A stretch of DNA of 63,870 bases, the filler included, from Sandaracinaceae bacterium (GTDB lineage: Bacteria; Myxococcota_A; Polyangia; Polyangiales; JADJQN01): NCBI GenBank assembly GCA_947483975.1. It is 4 parts of 4 records of this genome, joined end to end, with 100 filler letters (N's around TTAATTAATTAA, not from the genome) between each part and the next. Parts side by side here need not be neighbours in the genome. Positions count along the whole stretch, not along the records: positions 34,772 to 51,947 come from CANKOL010000073.1; positions 52,048 to 63,870 come from CANKOL010000136.1; 2 more parts are not named here. The stretch is one strand, 5' to 3'. Shown one piece after another: positions 49,989-58,952 of this stretch. The notes beneath the pieces were generated by a model. It saw only the letters and a list, made by a program, of their open reading frames with translations, made no database searches and was not told where the DNA came from. How positions within the stretch are numbered: the stretch's first letter is position 1; each line of letters starts with the position of its first letter. The translations under genes were made by a program, and so were the position numbers.

Positions 49989-50714
49989 ATGAAGGCACTC
50001 GACCAGGTGTCGACCGAGTATCTCCCAGGCGGGGCCACTGCGGTCGAGAACGAACTCGTACTGAATTGGTACCCCCCGCGCATTCTCCGACGCCTCGAGG
50101 GTCGAGGCGCGAGGTCGTTGCTCGAACTCGGTCTCGGGCACGGCTACAGCACGGCGCTCTTCAACGAACACTTCGAGCGGCACGTGGTCATCGAGGGGTC
50201 GCGCGTCGTCATCGACCAGTTCGCGAAGAACTACCCCGGGCTTGCCATCGAGTTGGTCGAAGGCTTCTTTGAGCACTACGAGAGCGTTGAACGATTCGAC
50301 GTGGTCTTGATGGGCTTCGTGCTCGAGCACGTCGACGACCCCTCGCTCGTCCTGCGCAGGTTCAAGAAGTTTCTCGCGCCTGGAGGACGGATGTTCATCG
50401 CGGTGCCGAACGCTAAGTCACTGAATCGGCGTATTGGTCTCGCGCTCGGCAAGATTCAGAATATCTACGATCTGAATCAGAACGACCGCGCTCTCGGGCA
50501 TCAGAGGAACTTCTGCCGCGACACTCTGAGGGCGCTGCTCGAGTCCTCCGGGTTCTCCGTGACCTGGGAGGAGGGTATTTACCTGAAGCCACTACCCCTC
50601 GGCTACCTGCAACTCATGCCCGAGTTGCAGGCGAATCTAGCCGCGATGTGCGAGGTCGGAGTGGACTTCCCCGACCTCTGCGTCGGCCTGCTCGTCGAGG
50701 TGGAAGCGTCATGA
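49989..50714 (+). CDS. Class I SAM-dependent methyltransferase
   Basis: LLELGLGHG, VLEHVDDP, LAPGGRMFIAVPN. Confidence 0.88.
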   Translation: MKALDQVSTEYLPGGATAVENELVLNWYPPRILRRLEGRGARSLLELGLGHGYSTALFNEHFERHVVIEGSRVVIDQFAKNYPGLAIELVEGFFEHYESVERFDVVLMGFVLEHVDDPSLVLRRFKKFLAPGGRMFIAVPNAKSLNRRIGLALGKIQNIYDLNQNDRALGHQRNFCRDTLRALLESSGFSVTWEEGIYLKPLPLGYLQLMPELQANLAAMCEVGVDFPDLCVGLLVEVEAS

Positions 50715-51583
50715 GCGGGCGCGCTCTCGTGGTGGGCCCGCATTCGATGCTCGGTGCTCGGCTCGTGGAGCGCCTGACGGGGGCTGGCTGGAGCGTCGTC
50801 ACCGCAGGGCGCAGGGACTGCGACGTCGCGCTGGACCTAGGTGCAGAATCTGTCGGTGCATTGCCGCGGCCGGTCGATGCCGATGTGCTTTTCGGTTGCG
50901 CGGCGGCCTTCGGCGACGATAGCCCCGCCGGCCAAAGGCTCAACGAGCGGGTGAATTCTCTGGGGTGTCAGCAACTGGTGGACTTGGCGGCTCTGACTGG
51001 TTGCGCTCGGCTCGTCTTTGCGGGGACGTGCTCCTCAGCCTTTCGGCTGTCCTCCGCGGAGCTCAGCTCCTACGGCTTCACGAAGCTTCGCGGCGAGCAA
51101 CTCCTCGAGTGGGGACTGCGTCGTCGCGCCATCGCCTTCACGAGCGTGCGGTTTCCTCAACTCTACGATGAACGCGGGGAGTGTGTTCGACATCAAGCAT
51201 GGTTTGGGCGCGTGGTGACGTACGCGGGTTCGGGGCGCACGCTCCGCCTCCCCGGGGGTAGCGCTGTTCGAAATTTCCTTCACGTGGAGGACGCTGTGAG
51301 CGTAATGCTAGCGGCCGTCGAGGAGAGCCTCACGGGCGTGCTCACCGCAACGCACCCGGAGCCCACCACCTATGAGGCGATCGCACACGAGGCGTGTGCT
51401 CTGTTCCGGCGCGGCGGAACCGTCGAGATCGCGCCGGAGAAGGCGCCTTTTCGGGACGTTTACTTTCCACCCACGACGCCGGGCCTATTCGTTGGGCGCG
51501 CGCCGCGGTCTATGATGGATGGCTTGAAGATGATCGCCGAGGCCAGGACATGGGGCCAGTTCGGAGGGCATGATGTCGGCTGA
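50711..51583 (+). CDS. NAD-dependent epimerase/dehydratase
   Basis: ALVVGPHSMLG, YGFTK (YxxxK), RNFLHVED. Confidence 0.82.
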   Translation: MSGRALVVGPHSMLGARLVERLTGAGWSVVTAGRRDCDVALDLGAESVGALPRPVDADVLFGCAAAFGDDSPAGQRLNERVNSLGCQQLVDLAALTGCARLVFAGTCSSAFRLSSAELSSYGFTKLRGEQLLEWGLRRRAIAFTSVRFPQLYDERGECVRHQAWFGRVVTYAGSGRTLRLPGGSAVRNFLHVEDAVSVMLAAVEESLTGVLTATHPEPTTYEAIAHEACALFRRGGTVEIAPEKAPFRDVYFPPTTPGLFVGRAPRSMMDGLKMIAEARTWGQFGGHDVG

Positions 51584-51947
51584 AGTGGCTCGCACGAACG
51601 TGCTGGTGACCGGCACGGGCGCTCTGATCGGTCAGGGCTTGATTCGGTCCCTTCGGCGCACTGAGCTACCGTTGAGGATAGTCGGACTCGACCGCCGGCG
51701 ACACGCGCTCGCCGAACACCTGGCTGACGCGTCTTACACCAAGCCTCCGGTGGAGGAGAGTTCGTCAGAGTACCTAGTATTCCTGCAAGCCCTGATCGAA
51801 CGCGAGGAGATCGACCTCGTCGTTCCCGGCATCGAGATCGACCTCTTCTACTTGCACGAGCACCGACAGGAATTCGCTGGCTCGCGCGCCAAGATAGTGC
51901 TCAATCGACCCGAGTTGCTCGAACTGGGTCGTGACAAGTGGGCGACC
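51570..51947 (+). CDS. ATP-grasp (CPS-large-like) glycan-modification protein, N-terminus only (cut by contig edge)
   Basis: VLVTGTGALIGQG, IDLVVPGIE, LGRDKWAT. Confidence 0.75.
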
Positions 51948-52047
51948 NNNNNNNNNNNNNNNNNNNNNNNNNNNNNNNNNNNNNNNNNNNNTTAATTAAT
52001 TAANNNNNNNNNNNNNNNNNNNNNNNNNNNNNNNNNNNNNNNNNNNN
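51948..52047. other. Artificial contig spacer
   Basis: 44 N + TTAATTAATTAA + 44 N. Confidence 0.98.
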
Positions 52048-52560
52048 CCCAACTGCGGCGCCGGCGCCGCCGGCTGTCGCTGCACGACCTCCTCCGCGTT
52101 CTGCGGGACGCTCGGCTACATCGGCTGCCTCGACGACACGGCGACGATCACCGCGCTCAACGACCTGCGCGCGCGCGGCATCCGCACCTACGTCGTCGGC
52201 ATCCCAGGCACCGACGACTACGCCGCGGTGCTCGACGCGATGGCCGTCGCGGGCGGCACGGCGCGCACAGGCTCGCCGTCCTACTACCGCGCGAGCGACT
52301 CTGCCGCGCTCGCGAGCGCGCTCGGCACGATCTCCGACGCCGAGGTCTCCTGCCGCTTCGCCCTCGCCGCCGCGCCGGCCGATCGCACGAACGTCAACGT
52401 CTTCCTCGACGACGCGCCGACCCCGCGCGACACCGGCGACGGCTTCGTGCTCTCCGACGATGGCCTCACCATCGAGCTCCAGGGCACGGCGTGCGACGCG
52501 CTCCGCGCCGGCACGATCGCCGACGTCCGCTTCGAGTTCGGCTGCCCGCTCCTGATCTAG
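52048..52560 (+). CDS. C-terminal part of a myxobacterial vWA-domain protein (5' truncated)
   Basis: Frame open from the contig edge: GIRTYVVGIPG...LDAMAVAGG, SCRFAL, IELQGTACD. Confidence 0.75.
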   Translation, partial: PNCGAGAAGCRCTTSSAFCGTLGYIGCLDDTATITALNDLRARGIRTYVVGIPGTDDYAAVLDAMAVAGGTARTGSPSYYRASDSAALASALGTISDAEVSCRFALAAAPADRTNVNVFLDDAPTPRDTGDGFVLSDDGLTIELQGTACDALRAGTIADVRFEFGCPLLI

Positions 52561-52646
52561 CGCGCGCTGGGCTTTCGGGCGCTGCGCCTCCCCGGCGCGC
52601 GCCCGTCGATGGCGCATCCCCACGCCCAGAGTAGGCTCTGCCGCCG

Positions 52647-53972
52647 ATGCGGGTCGCGCTCGTCACCGTCTACTCGCACGCAGAGTGCACGCTCAAGGAC
52701 GTCGCCGGCGGCTACGGCACGGTCTTTCGCATCGGCGAGTCCCTGCCGGCGCGGCTGCTCGCGCGCGCCAAGACGCACGTCGCCGAGCTTCCACCCGTGA
52801 CGGCGGGGCACCTCGCGCAGGCCGCGCTCGCCGCGGGGCACTCGGTGCGCGTCTGTGATGTGCGGCGGCTCCCCGGGCAGCACGACGCCGTGCCGACGGG
52901 CCTCGACGTCGCGCTCGTGCAGACCTCGATCGTCGACGCCGCGGCCGAGCGCGCCGTCATCGAGGAGCTGACGCGGGCCGGCGTGCACACCATCGCCTAC
53001 GGCGCGTTCGCGACGGCGCGGCCGCAGCTCTATGCCGACGTCGCGCGCGTCGTCGTGCGCGGCGAGCCGGAGGCGCTCGGCGCGGGGCTCTTCGATCCGA
53101 CGCTGCGCGGGCTCGTCGAGGCGGGCTTCGTCGCGGACCTCGACGCGCTGCCGCTCCCGGATTGGTCGCCCTTCCCCGTCGAGCGCTATCGCTACGCCTT
53201 CCTCGCGCGCGGCACGACGCTCCCGGTCGCGGGCGCGCGGGGCTGCGCATACGGCTGCGGCTACTGTCCGTGGCGCGTCACGGCGCCGTTCCGTGAGCGG
53301 GCTCCCGACCGCATCGTCGCGGAGGTCCGGCACCTCGTCGACCGCTACGGCGCCCGCGCCATCGCCTTCCGCGATCCGCTCTTCAACCTCGACGCCGACC
53401 GCGTCCGCGCGCTCGCCCGCGGCCTGCGCCCGCTCGGCGTGCGCTTCAGCGCCGAGATGCGCGCCGACAAGCTCGACGGCGCGATGCTCGAAGACCTGCA
53501 CAGCGCTGGCCTCCGCTCGCTCGAGATCGGCGTCGAGAGCGTCGACCGCGGGATGCTCGCGCGCGAGCACCGAAAGCCCCCCGAGGCCGCGCAGATCGAG
53601 CGGGTCGTCGCCGCGGCGCACGCGCTCGGCGTGCGCGTCGTCGCGAACTTCGTCCTCGGCTTGCCCGACGACACCGAGGACACCTTCCGCGCGTCGGTCG
53701 CCTACGCGAAGCGCCTCAACACCTTCGCCGTGCAGTTCACCGTCGCGACGCCTTACCCTGGCACGACGCTCGAGACCTACGCCTCACCGCGGATGCGCCT
53801 GACCGCTCCCGAGACGCACACGGGCTGGGAGCCGACGTTCGAGCACGAGCACGTCCCGACCGAGCGCCTCCGCGCGCTCCGCGAGTGGGCCTACGTCTCC
53901 TATCACTACCGCCCCCGCTACGCGCTCCGAGTCGCGCGCACGGCGCTGACCGCGCTGCGCGACCGACGTTGA
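52647..53972 (+). CDS. B12-binding radical SAM protein
   Basis: RGEPE, LDALPLPDW, RGCAYGCGYCPW, FRDPLF, IGVES, FVLGLPDDT, TPYPGT. Confidence 0.88.
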   Translation: MRVALVTVYSHAECTLKDVAGGYGTVFRIGESLPARLLARAKTHVAELPPVTAGHLAQAALAAGHSVRVCDVRRLPGQHDAVPTGLDVALVQTSIVDAAAERAVIEELTRAGVHTIAYGAFATARPQLYADVARVVVRGEPEALGAGLFDPTLRGLVEAGFVADLDALPLPDWSPFPVERYRYAFLARGTTLPVAGARGCAYGCGYCPWRVTAPFRERAPDRIVAEVRHLVDRYGARAIAFRDPLFNLDADRVRALARGLRPLGVRFSAEMRADKLDGAMLEDLHSAGLRSLEIGVESVDRGMLAREHRKPPEAAQIERVVAAAHALGVRVVANFVLGLPDDTEDTFRASVAYAKRLNTFAVQFTVATPYPGTTLETYASPRMRLTAPETHTGWEPTFEHEHVPTERLRALREWAYVSYHYRPRYALRVARTALTALRDRR

Positions 53973-54029
53973 CCGCGTCGCGCGCACGGCGTCGACCGCG
54001 CGGCGCGACCGGGGCTGACCGCGCTCACC

Positions 54030-55385
54030 TCACCGATACGCCGCGTGAAACCGCGCGAGGCGCTCGACCATCTGCTCGAGCTTCGCCGCCGGCGGCAGGA
54101 TCGTCGTGCGGAAGTGCGCCGTCCCAGGGAGCTGACCGAAGCCCGAGCCCGGCACGACGCAGATGCCCGTCTCGAGGAGCAGCGCCATGCAGTACTCGGC
54201 GTCCGTCTTGCCGGGCGGCAGCTTGATCTCGGGGAACGCGTACATCGCGCCCGCGACGGCGTTGCAGCGGATCCCCTCGACGCGATTGAGCCCCGCCGCG
54301 AGCAAGAGCGCGCGCTCCTTCAGGCTGTCGAGGATCGCGCTCCGCTCCTTCGCGAACAGCTCCCCGCTCGGCGTGCCCGGCCTCGGCGGGCGCACCATCG
54401 CGTGCACCGCCACCTGCCCGGGGAGGTTCGAGCAGAGGCTGACGGACTGCAGCTTCAGCAGCTGCGCCTCGACGTCCGCGGGCAGGTTCCGCACCTCGAG
54501 GTAGCCGCCGCGATGCCCGCACTCGCCGAGGTAGCCCTTCGAGCAGCTGTGGAAGCTGAAGAGCGTCACGTCCGTCACGCCCATCGCGTGCATCACCTTC
54601 GCGAACGACACGAAGCGGTCCTCCGCGCGATACACGTTCTCCTGATAGACCTCGTCCGCCAGGATCGTCAGCGAGTGCCGCTGCGCGAAGTCCACGACCA
54701 TGCGGATGTTGGCCTCGTCGAGCACCGCGCCGGTCGGGTTGCCGGGGTTGATCACGCAGAGCGCGCGCGGCCGAATCCCCGCCGCCTTCGCCTTCGCGAC
54801 GGTGTCCTCGAGCTGCCCGAGGCTGAGCCCGAACGAGCGCTCCTCGTCGAGGTAGTAGCCGAGCTGCTGCGCGCCGAGGAGCGTGATGCTCGCGCTGTAG
54901 AGCGGGTATTGCGGGATCGGGATCAGGACGCCGTCGGTCGGCTCCGCGACGACCATGCGCAGGACCGTCTGCACGCCCTTCGAGGCGCCGTCCGTCAGGT
55001 AGATGGACTCGGCGTCGGCGGGGATTCCGTCGCGCTCCCGGATGAACTCCGCGACCGCCTCGCGGACGACCTTGATGCCCTTGCTCTCGCTGTACGCGCC
55101 GAGCCCGTGCGGCGACGCCTTCAGGATGCCCCGCGCGGTCTCGAGCACCTCCGCGGGGAAGTGCGCGGCGGCGTGCTCCATCAGCGCCGGGTACTCGCAC
55201 AGGGCGAGCAGCTGCCGCAGGTACGTCAGCGGCTTCTGCCCGAGCGCCTGCGGGTTGCCGATGTTGCAATAGATGATCTCGCGCCCCTCGAGCTCGAGCT
55301 CGCGCGCGCGCAGGACGATGGGGCCGCGGACGGCGTATTCGGTGTCGAGGACGACCTTGCCGAGGTCTTGGAGAGTGAGGGTCAT
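54030..55385 (-). CDS. Alanine aminotransferase, eukaryotic GPT-like class I PLP enzyme
   Basis: EYAVRGPI, YCNIGNPQALGQKP, GAYSESKG, PIPQYPLYSA, ADEVYQEN, SFHSCSKGYLGECGHRGG, HFRTTILPP. Confidence 0.88.
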   Translation of the reverse strand: MTLTLQDLGKVVLDTEYAVRGPIVLRARELELEGREIIYCNIGNPQALGQKPLTYLRQLLALCEYPALMEHAAAHFPAEVLETARGILKASPHGLGAYSESKGIKVVREAVAEFIRERDGIPADAESIYLTDGASKGVQTVLRMVVAEPTDGVLIPIPQYPLYSASITLLGAQQLGYYLDEERSFGLSLGQLEDTVAKAKAAGIRPRALCVINPGNPTGAVLDEANIRMVVDFAQRHSLTILADEVYQENVYRAEDRFVSFAKVMHAMGVTDVTLFSFHSCSKGYLGECGHRGGYLEVRNLPADVEAQLLKLQSVSLCSNLPGQVAVHAMVRPPRPGTPSGELFAKERSAILDSLKERALLLAAGLNRVEGIRCNAVAGAMYAFPEIKLPPGKTDAEYCMALLLETGICVVPGSGFGQLPGTAHFRTTILPPAAKLEQMVERLARFHAAYR

Positions 55386-55542
55386 GGGAGGCACTTCCGG
55401 GGCGTCGGGAGGGAGGGAGCGCGCGGATACTACGCCGAGCCGGAGCGCCGTGCGCGACCGACGCCCGCGCCCCACGAGCGCGCTCGAAGCCGCCGCAAAA
55501 CCCTGCGGCGCGCGCTGCTGCTTTGGTGATAGCCTGCCGCGC

Positions 55543-56460
55543 GTGACTCCAACCGCCCCGGCCACCCACCATGGCTTCGCGAGGAACGTCGCCGTCGACC
55601 AAGTAGCGGTCGAAGAGCGCGCCGCCTCTCTCGCCAAGCGCTCCCTGAAGAAACAAGCGAAAGTCGCAGGACTTCGCCTCGCGGTCCGCATGATGGACCT
55701 GACGACGCTCGAGGGGAAAGACACGCCCGGCAAGGTGCGCGCGCTCTGCCGCAAGGCGCTCGTGCCGCTCGCGAGCGACCCCTCGATCGGCCCGACGGCC
55801 GCCGTCTGCGTCTATCCCAACATGGTCCCGATCGCGAAGCACGAGCTGCGCGGCAGCGGCGTGAAGGTCGCGAGCGTCGCGACGGCGTTCCCGAGCGGGC
55901 TCTCGCCGCTCTCGATCAAGCTCGACGACGTGCGTCAGGCGGTCGAGCTAGGCGCCGACGAGATCGACATGGTCATCGATCGCGGCGCGATGCTCGCGGG
56001 CGACTACCGCAAGGTCTTCGACGAGATCGCGGCGGTCAAAGAGGCGTGCGGGCAGACGCACCTCAAGGTGATCCTCGAGACGGGCGAGCTCGGCAGCTAC
56101 GACGTCGTGCGGCGCGCGTCGGACCTCGCCATCGCGGCGGGCGGCGACTTCATCAAGACCTCGACGGGCAAGATCCAGCCGGCGGCGACGCCCGCGGTCA
56201 CGCTCGTCGTGCTCGAGGCGATCCGCGATCACTACTACGCGACGGGCAAGCGCATCGGCATGAAGCCCGCGGGCGGCGTGCGCACCGCGAAGCAGGCGCT
56301 CCACTACCTCGTCATCGTCAAAGAGACGCTCGGCGACGCGTGGCTCGACCCGGACCTGTTCCGCTTCGGCGCGAGCGCGCTGCTTAACGACGTGCTGATG
56401 CAGCTCGAGAAAGAGCGCACCGGCTTCTATCAGGCGAGCGCTGACTTCTCGGCGGACTGA
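55543..56460 (+). CDS. deoC: Deoxyribose-phosphate aldolase
   Basis: MDLTTLEGKDT, AVCVYP, GADEIDMVI, HLKVILETGEL, FIKTSTGK, KPAGGVR, FRFGAS. Confidence 0.95.
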   Translation: MTPTAPATHHGFARNVAVDQVAVEERAASLAKRSLKKQAKVAGLRLAVRMMDLTTLEGKDTPGKVRALCRKALVPLASDPSIGPTAAVCVYPNMVPIAKHELRGSGVKVASVATAFPSGLSPLSIKLDDVRQAVELGADEIDMVIDRGAMLAGDYRKVFDEIAAVKEACGQTHLKVILETGELGSYDVVRRASDLAIAAGGDFIKTSTGKIQPAATPAVTLVVLEAIRDHYYATGKRIGMKPAGGVRTAKQALHYLVIVKETLGDAWLDPDLFRFGASALLNDVLMQLEKERTGFYQASADFSAD

Positions 56461-56478
56461 CTCTCGAAGGACTGAGCC

Positions 56479-57999
56479 ATGGCGACCCCACGCAAGAACG
56501 AGAAGAAGACCGACGCTGTGAAAGCAGCCTCGAGCGAGCCGGATCTCGGCTTCACCGGCGAGAGCAGCTGGCAGTACGAGCCTTCCCTCGAGGGCACGGA
56601 CCACCTGCGCTTCGAGAAGAAGTACGAGCTCTTCATCGGCGGCCGCTGGGTGGCGCCGAAGTCGAAGAAGTACTTCCCCACGATCAACCCCGCGACCGAG
56701 GAGCCGATCGCCGAGGTCGCCGAGGCCAACGCCGAGGACGTCGACGCGGCGGTGCGCTCTGCGCGGACGGCGTACGACAAGATCTGGTCGAAGCTGCGCC
56801 CGGCCGAGCGCGCGAAGTACCTCTATCGCATCGCCCGCGCGATGCAGGAGAAGGCGCGCGACCTCGCCATCGTCGAGACGATGGACGGCGGAAAGCCGAT
56901 CAAGGAGTCGCGCGACTTCGACGTGCCGACGGCGTCCGCGCACTTCTTCTATCACGCGGGCTGGGCCGACAAGCTCGACCTCGCCTTCCACGGGCGCCCG
57001 TATCGCCCGCTCGGCGTCGCGGGGCAGATCATCCCGTGGAACTTCCCGCTGCTCATGGCCGCGTGGAAGATCGCGCCGGCGCTCGCCTGCGGGAACACCG
57101 TGGTGCTCAAGCCCGCCGAGACGACGCCGCTGACGGCGCTGCTCCTCGCGAAGATCTTCGAGGAGATCGAGCTCCCGCCGGGCGTCGTGAACATCGTGAC
57201 GGGCGCGGGCGCGACGGGCGCGGCGCTCGTGGCGCACTCCGACGTGAACAAGATCGCGTTCACCGGCTCGACGGACGTCGGCAAGCGCATCCAGGGCGCC
57301 ATCGCGGGCAGCGGCAAGCGCCTGACGCTGGAGCTCGGCGGCAAGGCGGCGAACATCGTCTTCGCGGACGCGCCGCTCGATCAGGCGGTCGAGGGGATCG
57401 TCAACGGGATCTTCTTCAACCAAGGGCACGTCTGCTGCGCGGGCTCGCGGCTCCTCGTCGAGGAGAGCGTGCACGACCTCGTCGTCCGTAAGCTGCGCGA
57501 CCGCATCGCGACGATGCGCGTCGGCAACCCGCTCGACAAGAACACCGACCTCGGCGCGATCAACTCGAAGATGCAGCTCGAGAAGATCCGCGGGCTCGTC
57601 GCGGCGGGCGAGGCCGAGGGCGCCGAGCGCTGGTCGTCCCCGTGCGCGCTGCCGAAGAAGGGCTTCTTCTTCCCGCCGACGTTCTTCACGAACGTCGCGC
57701 AGGCGTCGCGCATCGCGCACGAGGAGATCTTCGGCCCCGTGCTCTCGATCCTCACGTTCCGCACGCCGGACGAGGCGGTCGAGAAGGCGAACAACACGAT
57801 GTACGGGCTCTCTGCCGGCGTCTGGACGGATAAGGGCTCCAAGAGCTTCTGGATGGCGCAGCGCCTGCAGGCCGGCGTCGTCTGGGCCAACACCTTCAAC
57901 AAGTTCGATCCTTCGTCGCCGTTCGGCGGCTACAAGGAGAGCGGCTTCGGGCGCGAGGGCGGCCGACAGGGGCTCTCGTCTTACGTCGAGGTCGGCTGA
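56479..57999 (+). CDS. Aldehyde dehydrogenase (catalytic)
   Basis: IIPWNFP, LKPAE, FTGS, LELGGK, NQGHVCCAG, EEIFGPV, PFGGYKESGFGRE. Confidence 0.95.
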   Translation: MATPRKNEKKTDAVKAASSEPDLGFTGESSWQYEPSLEGTDHLRFEKKYELFIGGRWVAPKSKKYFPTINPATEEPIAEVAEANAEDVDAAVRSARTAYDKIWSKLRPAERAKYLYRIARAMQEKARDLAIVETMDGGKPIKESRDFDVPTASAHFFYHAGWADKLDLAFHGRPYRPLGVAGQIIPWNFPLLMAAWKIAPALACGNTVVLKPAETTPLTALLLAKIFEEIELPPGVVNIVTGAGATGAALVAHSDVNKIAFTGSTDVGKRIQGAIAGSGKRLTLELGGKAANIVFADAPLDQAVEGIVNGIFFNQGHVCCAGSRLLVEESVHDLVVRKLRDRIATMRVGNPLDKNTDLGAINSKMQLEKIRGLVAAGEAEGAERWSSPCALPKKGFFFPPTFFTNVAQASRIAHEEIFGPVLSILTFRTPDEAVEKANNTMYGLSAGVWTDKGSKSFWMAQRLQAGVVWANTFNKFDPSSPFGGYKESGFGREGGRQGLSSYVEVG

Positions 58000-58001
58000 C
58001 C

Positions 58002-58952
58002 ATGGCGAATCCATCCAAGCGAGTGTCGGCGGCAGACGAATCAAAGCGAGTGTCGGCGGCTCCCGCGCGGCAGCGATTGTCCATCCCGAAGGCGTACAAG
58101 ATGTACGTCGGCGGCGCGTTCATCCGGTCCGAGTCGGGCCGGTATTATCAGGTGAGCGGCATGACGAAGGGCAGCGCAGACGCCGAGGTCGTGAACATCC
58201 CGCTCGGTTCGCGGAAGGACGCGCGGGACGCGGTGCTCGCGGGCAAGGCGGCGCTGCACGGCTGGTCGTCGCGCACGGCGTTCAACCGCGGGCAGATCCT
58301 CTATCGCTTGGCCGAGGTGCTCGAGTCGCGCCACGAGGAGCTCGTCACCTCGCTGGTGCGCGCTGGCTCGACCGAGCGCGACGCCATCGACGAGGTGAAC
58401 GCCTCGGTCGATCGCGCGGTCTGGTACGCGGGGCTCGCGGACAAGATCTCGGCGCTCGTCGCGTCGCACAACCCGGTCAGCGGGCCGCACTTCGGCTTCA
58501 CGCTGCCTGAGGCGATGGGGCTCGTCGCCGTCCTCGCGCCGGAGAGCCCGGCGCTGCTCGGGCTCGTCTCGACGATCCTGCCGGTGATCGTCTCGGGCAA
58601 CACCACCGTCGTCGTCGCGGGCGAGCGCGACCCGCGCACGGCCGTGATCTTCTGCGAGTGCCTCGCGACGAGCGACCTGCCGGGCGGCGTCGTCAACGTG
58701 CTGACCGGGCGCGCGCAGGACCTCGGACCGCAGCTCGCCAAGCACCGCGAGGTCAACGCGCTCGAGGCGTGGACGCCCGACGCGGCGCTGCGCACCTCGC
58801 TCGAGCGCGACGGCGCGGGCAGCGTCAAGCGCGTCAAGACGCACGACGCGCAGGGCATCGCGGCGCTCCGCGACGAGCAGCGCGGCCAAGGGCTCACCTA
58901 CGTCGAGCGCTTCCTCGAGCTGAAGACCATCTGGCACCCGGCGGGGATCTGA
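58002..58952 (+). CDS. Short ALDH-like protein (Rossmann part only, no catalytic domain)
   Basis: YKMYVGGAFIRSESGR, RGQILYRLAE, SDLPGGVVNVLTG, ELKTIWHP; no ELGGK or catalytic Cys. Confidence 0.85.
   Translation: MANPSKRVSAADESKRVSAAPARQRLSIPKAYKMYVGGAFIRSESGRYYQVSGMTKGSADAEVVNIPLGSRKDARDAVLAGKAALHGWSSRTAFNRGQILYRLAEVLESRHEELVTSLVRAGSTERDAIDEVNASVDRAVWYAGLADKISALVASHNPVSGPHFGFTLPEAMGLVAVLAPESPALLGLVSTILPVIVSGNTTVVVAGERDPRTAVIFCECLATSDLPGGVVNVLTGRAQDLGPQLAKHREVNALEAWTPDAALRTSLERDGAGSVKRVKTHDAQGIAALRDEQRGQGLTYVERFLELKTIWHPAGI
58017..58060 (+). repeat. 17-bp direct repeat (AAGCGAGTGTCGGCGGC) at 27-bp period, duplicating SKRVSAA
   Basis: Copies at 58017-58033 and 58044-58060. Confidence 0.85.

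Noticed and set aside
58002..58952. Short ALDH as a pseudogene
   Set aside because: Intact frame with a proper C-terminal oligomerisation strand, consistent with a known short-partner arrangement
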